Source: Promethearchaeota archaeon
GTDB taxonomy: Archaea > Asgardarchaeota > Lokiarchaeia > Sigyniarchaeales > SOKP01
DNA length: 64,000 nucleotides
Reading direction: 5' to 3'
NCBI GenBank assembly: GCA_048939015.1
Contig: JBHLPW010000001.1
Coordinates: forward strand, 1-64,000
Below, piece by piece: positions 19,089 to 29,383 of this stretch (within the stretch, counting starts at the first letter, position 1; each line of letters begins with the position of its first letter). Under the pieces are notes generated by a model. It did not search any database. It saw nothing but the letters and a program-made list of their open reading frames with translations, and had not been told where the DNA came from. Position numbers and translations under genes: made by a program.

Positions 19089-20774
19089 ATGAGTGAAGAC
19101 CCATATGCAGAGAAAATTTGGACTAATAATTACGATAAAGGAGTTCCTAGTACTATTGATTATCCTGAAATGAATGTTTATGGATTTCTTGATAATTCAG
19201 CAAAAGATTTTGGAAGTCGGACTGCGATTTGGTTTATGAAGAACAAAATATCTTATAAAAATCTAAAAGATCTTGCTGAGAGATTAGCAACCGCATTAGT
19301 TGATTTAGGTCTTAAAAGGAAGGATGTTGTTGCTATAATGATTCCAAATTTCCCTCAATTTATTATAAGTTATTATGGAATATTGAAAGCAGGTGGAATT
19401 GTTACAGCTTGTTCAGTATTACACACTGAGCATGAACTTGCTTATCAATTAAATGACGCTGGAGCAGAAATAATAATTGCTTGGGATAATCAAATTGAAA
19501 AAATCAATAAAATTAAAGATAGAACTCGTCTAAGACATATAATAATAACCAATGTTTTGGATTACACTCCAATGGCTCCAAGAAATCCTCCAGAAATTGC
19601 AGGTACTAAGCAATTTATTAATTTACTCAATAACACAAAACCAAATCCACCTACATTTGAAACTAATGCAAAAGAAGATATATTATGTCTTCAATACACC
19701 GGAGGGACAACAGGATTACCTAAAGGAGCAATGCTTACTCATTATAACATCGTTTCAAATTGTGTAGCAGTAGGGACATGGGCAGGCGAAGAATTTAGAA
19801 GGGGAAAAGAAACCATTCTAACCAATTTACCATTATTTCATATTTACGGGCAGACTGTATGTATGAATTTGCACATTTATATGGGATCAACAATTGCCTT
19901 AAATCCTGATCCTCGGGATCAAAAATCTTTATTTGAAATAATAAAATCTACCCATCCTACTATGTTTCCAGGAGTACCAACAATGTATATGCGTCTGTTA
20001 GAAAGGGATGATCTTGAAGATTATGCTAAAGATTTAAAATCTATAAGAGTTTGTAATACAGGAGCAGCCCCAATGCCACCGGAGGTTCAAAAAGATTTTG
20101 AAGAAAGAACAGGAGGTATTATTCTTGAAGGTTATGGATTAACAGAATCATCTCCAGTAACACATAGTAATCCGTTTTCAGGCACAAGAAAAGTAGGGTC
20201 TGTTGGTATGCCCATTCCTGATACAAACGTAAGAATCGTTGATATTGATGATTATACGAAAATATTACCCCCTGGAGAAGCTGGAGAAATACTAATGAAA
20301 GGTCCTCAGATAATGAAAGGATACTGGAATAAACCGGAAGAAACAGAAAACCAGTTAAAAGATGGTTGGTTATTAACTGGAGATATTGGAAAGATGGACG
20401 AAGACGGATATTTTTTTATTGTTGATAGAAAGAAAGATATGATTGATGTTAGTGGGTTTAAAGTATATCCAAGAGAAATTGAAGATGTTTTATTTGAATA
20501 TGAACCAATTGAAAAAGCAGCGATCATAGGAGTTCCAGATCCCGACCTTCCTGGTAGTGAAAAAGTCAAGGCATATATCGTATTAAAAGATGGATATCAA
20601 GATACTGAGGAAGCAAAGAATGAAATAAAAGAGTTTCTACGGAAAAATGTAGCACCCTATAAAGTACCTAAATTCATAGAATTTCGTAAGGAATTACCTG
20701 AAACATTAGTAGGAAAAGTACAAAGAAAAGAATTAAAAGATATCGAAGCTAAAAGAAGAGGAGAAGAAGTTTAA
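19089..20774 (+). CDS. fadD: Long-chain fatty acid--CoA ligase
   Basis: AMP-binding motifs YTGGTTGLPKG, EGYGLTE, TGDIG, DRKKD, PETLVGK. Confidence 0.92.
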   Translation: MSEDPYAEKIWTNNYDKGVPSTIDYPEMNVYGFLDNSAKDFGSRTAIWFMKNKISYKNLKDLAERLATALVDLGLKRKDVVAIMIPNFPQFIISYYGILKAGGIVTACSVLHTEHELAYQLNDAGAEIIIAWDNQIEKINKIKDRTRLRHIIITNVLDYTPMAPRNPPEIAGTKQFINLLNNTKPNPPTFETNAKEDILCLQYTGGTTGLPKGAMLTHYNIVSNCVAVGTWAGEEFRRGKETILTNLPLFHIYGQTVCMNLHIYMGSTIALNPDPRDQKSLFEIIKSTHPTMFPGVPTMYMRLLERDDLEDYAKDLKSIRVCNTGAAPMPPEVQKDFEERTGGIILEGYGLTESSPVTHSNPFSGTRKVGSVGMPIPDTNVRIVDIDDYTKILPPGEAGEILMKGPQIMKGYWNKPEETENQLKDGWLLTGDIGKMDEDGYFFIVDRKKDMIDVSGFKVYPREIEDVLFEYEPIEKAAIIGVPDPDLPGSEKVKAYIVLKDGYQDTEEAKNEIKEFLRKNVAPYKVPKFIEFRKELPETLVGKVQRKELKDIEAKRRGEEV

Positions 20775-20839
20775 ATTTAAGTTACATTTATATTTTCTAT
20801 TTTAGCTAAATTTTTTTTTTATCCTATTTAATTATTATT

Positions 20840-23431
20840 ATGTTTCTATATATAGAGAATTTAAATCAGACTGATGCAAAAAAAGAAGAATTATTGTTAA
20901 TTCCCTTGCCTCAATATATTAGAATATTAAATTCTCAGAAAATGAAAATTGATGAATCTTCAAAATTATATACCGATTTAAATGAAAAAAATAATCATTT
21001 TATTTTACAATTACAAAGTTTCTTAAAATCTGTAGATTTAAAAAAGGAGTTAAAGGTTTTTAGGGAGCAAGATCTTGAAAAATATCATGAAATAGAGTTA
21101 TTTTTAGAGGAGAGTATATCTCTTTTTCCAGAAACACTTTACAATAGTGTTAAAGAGAGGAAAATTTACCAAGATCAAGGATATCTAATTATTTCAAAAG
21201 ATTCTAGAGTTATTATAGAAGCTAACTCTGAAAATGGCTTATTTTATGGAATTCAAACATTTATTCAAGTCTTAAATTCTAGCCCGGATAGATTGTCAAT
21301 AAATAATTTTATTATATTAGATTTTCCTTCTCTCCAAATTCGTGGTATTTCTGATGATATTTCAAGAGGCCAAGCACCTAACATTGAAAATTTAAAGAAA
21401 TTTATAAAAACTCTTAGCCATTATAAGATAAATCAATATTATTTGGTTTATATGTTAGATATGATTAAATTTAGAGATTATCCTGACATTGGAAAAGATA
21501 GAGGTGCTTATTCTAAAGAAGAGATAAAAGATTTAATTGATTTTGCAAAAAAATGGTGTGTTGAAATAATTCCTGTTTTTCAAACAATAGGACATTGGGA
21601 TAATATTTTGCAATACCCGAAGTATTGGCAATATGGTGAATTTCCAGGCTCAAATAGTCCAAATTTAGCAAATGAAGAAATATATGAGATGTTAGATAAA
21701 ATGATAGGAGAACTTAGTGAAATATTTACTTCTGAATATTTTCATATAGGAGCGGATGAAAGTATCGATGTCGGTAAAGTAAATTCGAAATCATATATTA
21801 ATGATACTGGACTTGGAAATGCCTACTTAAAACATTATAAAAAAGTATATGAAATTGTTAAAAAACATGGATATAAAAAAGTTCTCATCTATCATGATGT
21901 TTTACATAAGTTCAAGGATATTCTCGAAAACTTACCTAAGGACATGATTATTGTATATTGGAATTATAATTTGAAAAAAATTCATCCTATTATAGACAAA
22001 ATTAAAAAATATGACTATTCAATAATTGTTAGCCCTTCAATTATGGATTTTAATCGAATTTTTCCATCGATTGATAAGTATGAACGAAGTATTTCATACT
22101 TGCTTAAATACGGTCATGAAAAAGAGGTGATTGGTGAAATCACATCGAGTTGGGGCGATTATAGGAACAAAGAGATTCGAGAAAATAGAATTTATGGATT
22201 TATTTTCTCTGCTATGGTAGGGTGGAATCCTATTAAAGAAATTAATAAATTTTTATTTTGGAAAGGTTTATTTCTTCATTTCTTTGGGATTGATGATCGC
22301 CGATTAGTGGAGATATTTAGCAAATTTAGATTAATACAAGACAAAAATTTATTACATACACGTCCTTCAGGATACTATAATCACTTTTTTGCTCATCCTT
22401 TTAATAAAAATACCTCTAAATACAAAAAGAATATAAAAACTAGGGGTTTTGATAAATTAATTTCTGATTTGGAAGACATCATTGAAAAATGTAAAGAATT
22501 GGAGATAATTATTCCTAAAAACAAAATTAATATTAGAAATCTTACTTTTGTTGCTAAACATATAAAATTATATTGTAAAAAAAGGACTAATTCGAAAAAG
22601 TCGATAGATTATATTCTAAAAAAGAAAAAAAATAATAAAGACCAATTTATAAAACAAATTGAAGATGTAAAGGAGGAATTATTAGATTTATTAAATGAGT
22701 ATGAAATTTTATGGCTAAAATGTTCTAAGAAAGAGGGGTTCAAATCAATAAAACAGAAATATTTATGGTTATTAAAGTTTTATGATGATAAATTAAGTGA
22801 ACTCAAAAATAATAAAGAATGGGAAGATCCAAACATTCCAAGTGAGTTAATTTATTTAAGTTCGAATAAGATCCATGAAGTGAATAAGACCTATTACAAA
22901 AAAGATTTTTTTATTGATGATGAAATCGAACACGCTCATTTACAAGTAATTGCAGGTTGTTTTGCTAAAATTTATATAAATAATGAATGTATTGGTCATG
23001 TAATTACAAGAAGAACCTTAAATGTTGTAGGAATTGAAAAAAATATTCAGATTTTTAATATTACTGGTTTTATCAAAAAGGGTGAGAATTCAATTATTAT
23101 TGAAAATTTTGATTATATAGGAGGAGTAGGTCCAATTAATGTTTTTGGAACTATAAGATTAAAATCACAAGAATTAATCTTCATCAACACAGATAAAACA
23201 TGGTTAGGTTCAACAACTAATAAAGAAGAGTGGAGAAAAGTAAAAAGTTTTGGTAAACCTCCTAAAGCAACTGGTGGACTAAATTGGCCTGATTTTGAGA
23301 AAAATATACCATCTAATGCTGATGATAGTATGCCATTCTTAAACACCTTAATTAGTAAAATTTCAAAGAAATATTTCTGGTTTGTAAAGCTAATCGTTAA
23401 ATTATTTAACCGATATGATATAATTGAATAA
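20840..23431 (+). CDS. GH20 beta-N-acetylhexosaminidase-like protein with C-terminal beta-sandwich extension
   Basis: [12 protein letters not shown]...RG...DISRG, catalytic FHIGADE; no signal peptide. Confidence 0.88.
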   Translation: MFLYIENLNQTDAKKEELLLIPLPQYIRILNSQKMKIDESSKLYTDLNEKNNHFILQLQSFLKSVDLKKELKVFREQDLEKYHEIELFLEESISLFPETLYNSVKERKIYQDQGYLIISKDSRVIIEANSENGLFYGIQTFIQVLNSSPDRLSINNFIILDFPSLQIRGISDDISRGQAPNIENLKKFIKTLSHYKINQYYLVYMLDMIKFRDYPDIGKDRGAYSKEEIKDLIDFAKKWCVEIIPVFQTIGHWDNILQYPKYWQYGEFPGSNSPNLANEEIYEMLDKMIGELSEIFTSEYFHIGADESIDVGKVNSKSYINDTGLGNAYLKHYKKVYEIVKKHGYKKVLIYHDVLHKFKDILENLPKDMIIVYWNYNLKKIHPIIDKIKKYDYSIIVSPSIMDFNRIFPSIDKYERSISYLLKYGHEKEVIGEITSSWGDYRNKEIRENRIYGFIFSAMVGWNPIKEINKFLFWKGLFLHFFGIDDRRLVEIFSKFRLIQDKNLLHTRPSGYYNHFFAHPFNKNTSKYKKNIKTRGFDKLISDLEDIIEKCKELEIIIPKNKINIRNLTFVAKHIKLYCKKRTNSKKSIDYILKKKKNNKDQFIKQIEDVKEELLDLLNEYEILWLKCSKKEGFKSIKQKYLWLLKFYDDKLSELKNNKEWEDPNIPSELIYLSSNKIHEVNKTYYKKDFFIDDEIEHAHLQVIAGCFAKIYINNECIGHVITRRTLNVVGIEKNIQIFNITGFIKKGENSIIIENFDYIGGVGPINVFGTIRLKSQELIFINTDKTWLGSTTNKEEWRKVKSFGKPPKATGGLNWPDFEKNIPSNADDSMPFLNTLISKISKKYFWFVKLIVKLFNRYDIIE

Positions 23432-23511
23432 CTTTTTTCAATTTATATTAAAAATTCTCTTTACTTTAAAAGATAGTGCATATAAAATTCTGAGAAATAG
23501 TTAGAGGTTAA

Positions 23512-23667
23512 TTAAAGATTCTTTTTTTTCCATTTTTTCATAAAATCTTTAAAGGATTTTTCTGATATTCCAATCCCATTGAGATTATCATCAATTACTT
23601 TCTTACTTGATTCATTCTTACTTTTGAATGATAATTCCCAATCATAATAGGAAATTGCTTTTGACAT
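23512..23667 (-). CDS. Small hypothetical protein, 51 aa (MSKAISYYDWELSFKSKNESSKKVIDDNLNGIGISEKSFKDFMKKWKKKNL); not in ORF track
   Basis: Translated by hand. ATG start, open frame in an otherwise AT-rich intergenic region; no strong SD. Confidence 0.45.
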   Translation of the reverse strand: MSKAISYYDWELSFKSKNESSKKVIDDNLNGIGISEKSFKDFMKKWKKKNL

Positions 23668-23918
23668 GATCTTATAATTTATTTCTTTATAAATAAAACA
23701 ATACAGAGTACCAATTTTCTAAAAGCTAAGAAAATAGTACAAATTTGTCTATATAGATTTTGGTATTATATATTATAATCCGTGCCAAAAGAACGAAATA
23801 GATAAAGAAAGTTAAAGATTATAAATGTTGAGTTAATAAGATAATTGTTAGATAGTGCCCGACAAAAATTGGGCATGAAATAATTCATATGGATATCAAT
23901 ATTTATCGTTCAAATGGT

Positions 23919-24944
23919 TTAGAGCGTGTTTAATTCTTTAAGTGAATAGACTTTTTTTGGTTTTCCCACACTTTCTTTTATCTCATTCTCTTCTACTTCT
24001 CCTATTTTGGTAAGATAATCAAGAATTTCCCTCAATTTTCCTCCACCAATCTTAGATTCCATACTTAATTCCTTGGTTGAAATCACTTTTTTATTTCGAA
24101 GAATATCTAATACAATTTGAAAAGATTCAGGATATTCAATTTTAATTCTTTTGATAATATTTTTCACTTCTAAATATTTCTTCGATTGTTGAACAAAATT
24201 TATACCATAAAATCCATCAAAATGGAAGATATCATCATTCAAAAAAAGTACAGTATTGAGATATTTTCCATCAATTAAGACAACACCGTTATTTACAATT
24301 ATATCATTATATCGAACATGTTGACATGTAGTCTCTTTAGTTTGGATTATTTCTATTGGAGTTCTTTTAAGAATATTAGTAATCTGATCAAAATAGTCTT
24401 CAATTGAATCAAAATCATCTTTAGAAAAATATAATACTAATTTAATTCCCTTTAAAAAAGCATTATAAAATGCAGGTTCTAGCTTTTTTAACAATGTAGG
24501 GGGTAATGCTGACATATAAATTTCATTTTTACAATTTTCTATTAATTTATAGTAATATTCAACTGCTAAATTAACATCTGTATAATGATAGAAAGTTATA
24601 TTTGCATAGCATTTACCTACTGTGCTTTCTTCTGCTTTTACAGTCTCACCTATCAAATTTATTTGTTTCTTAAATCCCTTCATCCTTTCGTCCAATACCC
24701 TCATTAAAGCGATTTGAGGATCAATTCTGAAGTATTTTTTATTCTTTTTACTTTTTGAAGAAAAAATTAGACCCATATCCTCTAAAATAGACATGTTATA
24801 ATTAACTTGAGAGTAAGATAAGTTCAAGTTTTCTTTAATTTCAAAAGTAGTACCTGATTTTCGTTCGATTAGATAATCATATAGTTGAATTTGAATTTCT
24901 GATAATCCAATATCTCTTAAGTAGGGATGATAGTTTTTTAGCAT
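23919..24944 (-). CDS. TrmB-family transcriptional regulator with a second C-terminal wHTH
   Basis: N-terminal TrmB HTH (LRDIGLSEIQIQLYDYL...LEDMGLI...YFRIDP), PLD-like effector domain, C-terminal ISTKELS...LREILDYL...GKPKKVYSL. Confidence 0.8.
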   Translation of the reverse strand: MLKNYHPYLRDIGLSEIQIQLYDYLIERKSGTTFEIKENLNLSYSQVNYNMSILEDMGLIFSSKSKKNKKYFRIDPQIALMRVLDERMKGFKKQINLIGETVKAEESTVGKCYANITFYHYTDVNLAVEYYYKLIENCKNEIYMSALPPTLLKKLEPAFYNAFLKGIKLVLYFSKDDFDSIEDYFDQITNILKRTPIEIIQTKETTCQHVRYNDIIVNNGVVLIDGKYLNTVLFLNDDIFHFDGFYGINFVQQSKKYLEVKNIIKRIKIEYPESFQIVLDILRNKKVISTKELSMESKIGGGKLREILDYLTKIGEVEENEIKESVGKPKKVYSLKELNTL

Positions 24945-25100
24945 TATTATAAACTTTGCTCTCTGGTTATGTATATAATATGTGACACAATTAAAAAGTA
25001 ATTTCCAATATATATTGGTTATTTATGGTTTCAAATATACTTTTAAAATAATACAATAAGAATTTTAATTAAAAAATGATATAAAAAGAAGTGATAAAAT

Positions 25101-25232
25101 ATGGCTCAATGCAAAGATTGTAAATTTTATAAACCAATAGATGAAACAAAGGGAGACTGTTTTGGTCATGAAGTTCCTGCAACACTTGATGTGAGTAATT
25201 GTCCTGCCCAGAGTTTTCAGCCAAGAGAGTAA
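25101..25232 (+). CDS. 43-aa four-cysteine protein (MAQCKDCKFYKPIDETKGDCFGHEVPATLDVSNCPAQSFQPRE), BssC/TutF-like small Fe-S or Zn protein; not in ORF track
   Basis: Translated by hand. SD-like AAGTGA upstream, CxxC-x12-C-x13-C spacing, ends 12 nt before the GyrI-like gene. Confidence 0.75.
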   Translation: MAQCKDCKFYKPIDETKGDCFGHEVPATLDVSNCPAQSFQPRE

Positions 25233-25244
25233 AATGGTGAGGAT

Positions 25245-25868
25245 GTGCCTGCGAAAAAAGATTTTAAAAAAGAGATGAAAGAACTTTATCAACCGAGTTC
25301 GAAAGAAGTTATATCCGTTGAAGTTCCTGAGATGCCATTTCTTATGATTGATGGTATGGGTTCTCCAGGAGATTCTAAGGAATATGAGGATGCTCTCGCT
25401 GCTCTATACCCTATCGCTTTCAAAACTAAATTCATAAGTAAAGGAAAGGGAAGAGACTATATAGTACCCCCACTTGAAGGATTATGGTGGGCAGATGATA
25501 TGAATGATTTTACAGAGGGAAATCGTGATAAATGGAAATGGACAATGATGATTATGCAACCTGAGTGGATAACTCAAGAAGTGATCGATGAGGCTATTGA
25601 GAGTACTAAGGAAAAGAAAGGGGAACTTGCAAAACTGCTTCCTAAATTAAGATTCGAGAAATATAAAGAAGGTAAAGCCGCTCAAATATTGCATATCGGA
25701 CCTTATTCTGAGGAAGGTCCTAATATACAGAAACTTCATGATTTTATTAAAAAAATAGGTGGCAAATTTGATGGCCATCAATTAAAGCACCATGAGATAT
25801 ATCTTAGTGATCCACGAAAATCTAAACCAGAAAATATGAAAACTATAATAAGACAATCATATGAATAA
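25245..25868 (+). CDS. GyrI-like small-molecule-binding protein
   Basis: FLMIDGMGSPG, VPPLEGLWW, WTMMIMQP, HIGPYSEE, HHEIYLSDPR; SD GGTGA. Confidence 0.88.
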   Translation: MPAKKDFKKEMKELYQPSSKEVISVEVPEMPFLMIDGMGSPGDSKEYEDALAALYPIAFKTKFISKGKGRDYIVPPLEGLWWADDMNDFTEGNRDKWKWTMMIMQPEWITQEVIDEAIESTKEKKGELAKLLPKLRFEKYKEGKAAQILHIGPYSEEGPNIQKLHDFIKKIGGKFDGHQLKHHEIYLSDPRKSKPENMKTIIRQSYE

Positions 25869-25960
25869 TCTTTTTCTTACTTTTTTCTAATCTACATCAT
25901 AATCTTTAAATTCTAAGTCTCAAGTATCTTTAAATAATATACAATTTTAGGATTAAGAAT

Positions 25961-26512
25961 ATGACTAGTGTAGAAAATCAACAAAAAATCAATGTCAGAG
26001 ATTGGATTACTCTTAGTACAGTTATGATTGGAGCAGTATTAACAATTTTAGCATTAATTTGGCAAAACCCACCACCTATAACTCATGGTATTGTTACAAG
26101 CACATTTCTACTAATGATTTCATTCATATTTTTCGTAAACTCCGTTTCAGCAAATTCAAAAGCTCAATTTGAAGCTAATCAAGGAAGAATCCCTGAAGAG
26201 CGAATTGAACGCTTTGTAACCTTCGCAGAATATTCTTTCGGTTTTGGATTTACTTTAGTTATTACTGGTTTTACGATTCTTGCCTATGGATATTTGTTCG
26301 ATTATATAGGACGCGTACTAATCACATTATTACTCCCAATTACGTTTTTAGTAACTACATGGGTATTAATTTTCATATACAACATTATTAATTATATGGG
26401 TAAACCTTTAGGAGCTATTAGAAGTCTAAAACGAAACCTCTGGATATTTTTAGAACTGATCTGTTTAGTAATAATCATATTTGATTTTTTTGGGATACTT
26501 TCAATTCCCTAA
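25961..26512 (+). CDS. Hypothetical membrane protein (~5 TM)
   Basis: Hydrophobic segments; no recognised motif. Confidence 0.7.
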   Translation: MTSVENQQKINVRDWITLSTVMIGAVLTILALIWQNPPPITHGIVTSTFLLMISFIFFVNSVSANSKAQFEANQGRIPEERIERFVTFAEYSFGFGFTLVITGFTILAYGYLFDYIGRVLITLLLPITFLVTTWVLIFIYNIINYMGKPLGAIRSLKRNLWIFLELICLVIIIFDFFGILSIP

Positions 26513-26525
26513 ACTTTTTTTATTT

Positions 26526-28925
26526 TTAAATAAAGCAAGAGATATCTTTTTGAATTGACTTCTTGTTATAATCTGATGTCAGTAATTCTTTAAGTTCAGG
26601 AAACTCAAATGGGAAGATGTTTTCGAAGGCTCTTTTTAGCAGTTCAACATATTTTTTTCTATCATATTCATGTTTTTTTTCATCATACAAATCTGAAAGA
26701 ATAACCTTCTTTTCAGGAAAATTCGGATCAGCATCAGCATTAAGAATAATATATTTCACATTTTTCCCTGCAGATGCGATTTCACCCAATCTTTCTAGCT
26801 GTCTAGCAGCAACCGCTTGATAGCTATTTACTTTGTATTGATTTGGACTTCGAGAGATTTTTTGTTTTATTGTTAACTCATCTCGAGATACTCTCCCAGA
26901 GTACACCCTCTCAACATATTCATAGAGTTTTTTCTTTACTTTTGGAATTCTTTCAATGAACTGGTCAACAGTTTGAGCACCTTGAAATACATCAATAAAT
27001 GCATATTGTGCATCTTTCACAATCTTTGGCATATCTCTGCGCCTTACTTCAATTCCTCTCACCTTTGCCTCCCCATTACTTTTTATCCCCCAGTAGTGAC
27101 TAAGAGCCGGAACATCTGATTCTGCCCGAGAAGGCAAGAAAACGATCACATTATATCTTCCCTCCCAATGCATAGGAATGCCAGTACTCTCAGATATCTC
27201 TTTAGCAATTTCCTTCGTTAATTTTTCAAATTCTTCTGGAGTTCTTCCCGTTGTATCTTTTAGCCACATTGAATCAACAATTCCGTGAACAATTTTACAG
27301 TGGTATTTTTTTGCAATCTCGGCAGATCTCAATAGAAATTCACGAGCAAAAGCACAAACTGTTTGATGCGCCTCAATTTTACCAAAACGAGCATTCTTAA
27401 ATCCTAAATATCCAAAACTAACGACAAGTACCCATTTTAATGCAATATCAGTAAATTTGTACCGTAGATCATTATGTGTCTTGTTGTATTCTTTGCATTC
27501 CAAACGCTTCTTTAGTGGTAGACTTATTGACTTTGAGATAATTCCTTGTCTCTTTGTGCAAATATGAAAATTTGTGCCAGGTACTCTAATTCCCGTACCA
27601 TCATCTTTACAGCATTGACAGTTAATAGTTTCAGAAGAGATGTTGAAATTAGCCATTAGAGATGGATACATTGAAGAAAAATCTAATTCTACTACTTGAT
27701 CAAAGATTCCAATTAAAGGTTCAAATATGTGCCCTCCTCGATCATTTATAATTAAATCCATCCCACTTCGAAAACCTTCTGGACTCTTCTTGAAAGGTGG
27801 GATAAGGTGATCTAGTTTATATGCATTATAGTATTGAATTGATTGCAAAGCACCCCCAATTGTTACCCTACATAATCTTTGCATCGGAACTCGAGACACT
27901 CTTGCAACTTCAATAACACCGGGTATGTTGCCTTCACTAAAATGTAGACTACCATATGTTGTAGTATCCAAATGAAAACGTCCCGTAAAATAAACTTGTG
28001 TTTTTGAACGTCGCATTATTATTCCGTATGACATATAATGATCTGAATTTCCTGACAAATTAAAGATACAATTTCTAAGTGGTGTTTTTGTGCGAGAAAA
28101 ATAGAGATCCTTAGAAACTCGATTTACCGATGCCCGAGCTACTAAGTAAGGAAATACGAATTCATCTCCTCCATGTGTTAATATAATGTCAGGATCCAAT
28201 CGCTCAATTACCTTACTGATAGTCTTGATCGTTTCAGCTTCATCGGCTTTGTCAATTAGGATCTTTCTTCTTCTCAGTCCATCTGCTCTTGGAATGTTAG
28301 CCTCTTCATCGTTTTCAACAATACTAACTTCTGCATATGCTAGAGGATCGTTATAGTAGGATCTCATTCCACAATGCTGTACTTTTATATCCAACCATAC
28401 AGCCTTTAGAGGAGGTAATTCATAGAATAATTCCTCGTTGTCATCTTTTAATTCTAATGAAATTAAACGTAGTTTAGTTTTTTTTTCATCTTCAAACTTG
28501 ACTTTTAAATTACATCGAGACATTGGAAATAAATCATTAACATAGAAATACATTTGAGAGATTGGAAGATCCGTGTTATATAAGGTAAAAAAGCCAATTT
28601 TTTCGATTTCTTTTATTGTCTTCTTAAACACCGAAGGTTTTTCAACAGAAACTCCGAATATTTTTGTTTTTTCATGTTCCTCTAGCTTTACATATTTTTT
28701 GCAGATTCTTACTTCTTTTATATTATGATGAGATCTAAGAATCTGTTTTAATCTCTTGAGATCATTACCCACATGCTTTTTTGGTACAGCAAAAAACTCA
28801 GGGTGGAAATCATGAAATATTTTCACAACCTTTTGTTCTCTTACTGTTTTTACCCATAGAATTACTCCATTTCGGTAAGTAGAGACATCCAAAAGCCAGC
28901 CATCGAATTGATCTTGGTAATCCAC
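26526..28925 (-). CDS. polB2: Family B DNA polymerase, archaeal PolB2 group
   Basis: Motif A DFSSMYPS intact; motif B altered to KWVLVVSFGYLG; motif C altered to HGIVDS (canonical YGDTDS); RGIEVRRRD. These changes and the upstream small gene are typical of PolB2. Confidence 0.9.
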   Translation of the reverse strand: MDYQDQFDGWLLDVSTYRNGVILWVKTVREQKVVKIFHDFHPEFFAVPKKHVGNDLKRLKQILRSHHNIKEVRICKKYVKLEEHEKTKIFGVSVEKPSVFKKTIKEIEKIGFFTLYNTDLPISQMYFYVNDLFPMSRCNLKVKFEDEKKTKLRLISLELKDDNEELFYELPPLKAVWLDIKVQHCGMRSYYNDPLAYAEVSIVENDEEANIPRADGLRRRKILIDKADEAETIKTISKVIERLDPDIILTHGGDEFVFPYLVARASVNRVSKDLYFSRTKTPLRNCIFNLSGNSDHYMSYGIIMRRSKTQVYFTGRFHLDTTTYGSLHFSEGNIPGVIEVARVSRVPMQRLCRVTIGGALQSIQYYNAYKLDHLIPPFKKSPEGFRSGMDLIINDRGGHIFEPLIGIFDQVVELDFSSMYPSLMANFNISSETINCQCCKDDGTGIRVPGTNFHICTKRQGIISKSISLPLKKRLECKEYNKTHNDLRYKFTDIALKWVLVVSFGYLGFKNARFGKIEAHQTVCAFAREFLLRSAEIAKKYHCKIVHGIVDSMWLKDTTGRTPEEFEKLTKEIAKEISESTGIPMHWEGRYNVIVFLPSRAESDVPALSHYWGIKSNGEAKVRGIEVRRRDMPKIVKDAQYAFIDVFQGAQTVDQFIERIPKVKKKLYEYVERVYSGRVSRDELTIKQKISRSPNQYKVNSYQAVAARQLERLGEIASAGKNVKYIILNADADPNFPEKKVILSDLYDEKKHEYDRKKYVELLKRAFENIFPFEFPELKELLTSDYNKKSIQKDISCFI

Positions 28926-28928
28926 TCT

Positions 28929-29204
28929 CTAACCTTTCCCTTTTATCATTTCTTCAAATTCATTTATTTTTACTTCTAATGCTTCAATTTTTTTTTCTTG
29001 TTCGACTGCAATGGAGATAAAAAGTATTTCTGACAACATTGGACGTGCACTCATGCTACCCGCATCTGCGTGTATTCGAGCAAAATTCATCAATTTGTCA
29101 AATATCTTCTGTTCCTCTGGACGTAGTGCTCTTTTGAAATCTTTCCAACTTTCAATCTCATGTTCCAAAGCAGGTCGAAAAGAAGGCACAGTTCTACCCA
29201 TCAT
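28929..29204 (-). CDS. PolB2-associated small alpha-helical protein (arCOG07300-like)
   Basis: N-terminal MGRTVPSFR signature, FKRALRPEEQKIFDKLM, C-terminal coiled coil; ends 3 nt before polB2. Confidence 0.8.
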   Translation of the reverse strand: MMGRTVPSFRPALEHEIESWKDFKRALRPEEQKIFDKLMNFARIHADAGSMSARPMLSEILFISIAVEQEKKIEALEVKINEFEEMIKGKG

Positions 29205-29383
29205 TTCACTTCCATTCTTTTCAAATCCCAGAAAGTAAGTATTTCAGTAAATTAAAAGGAGAATACATTACTAATTTTCTAATTTCTGAGAATTTTGATT
29301 TTATTTAGTATATTCATTCTAAATAAATAGAATCCTTAATTATTATTTCTAATAATCAGATTTAAACAATAGACCGGATACAA

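Noticed and set aside
26526-28925. PolB as a marker of a casposon, provirus or other mobile element
   Set aside because: Motif changes and neighbours match cellular PolB2; no Cas1, integrase, capsid gene or terminal repeats were seen.
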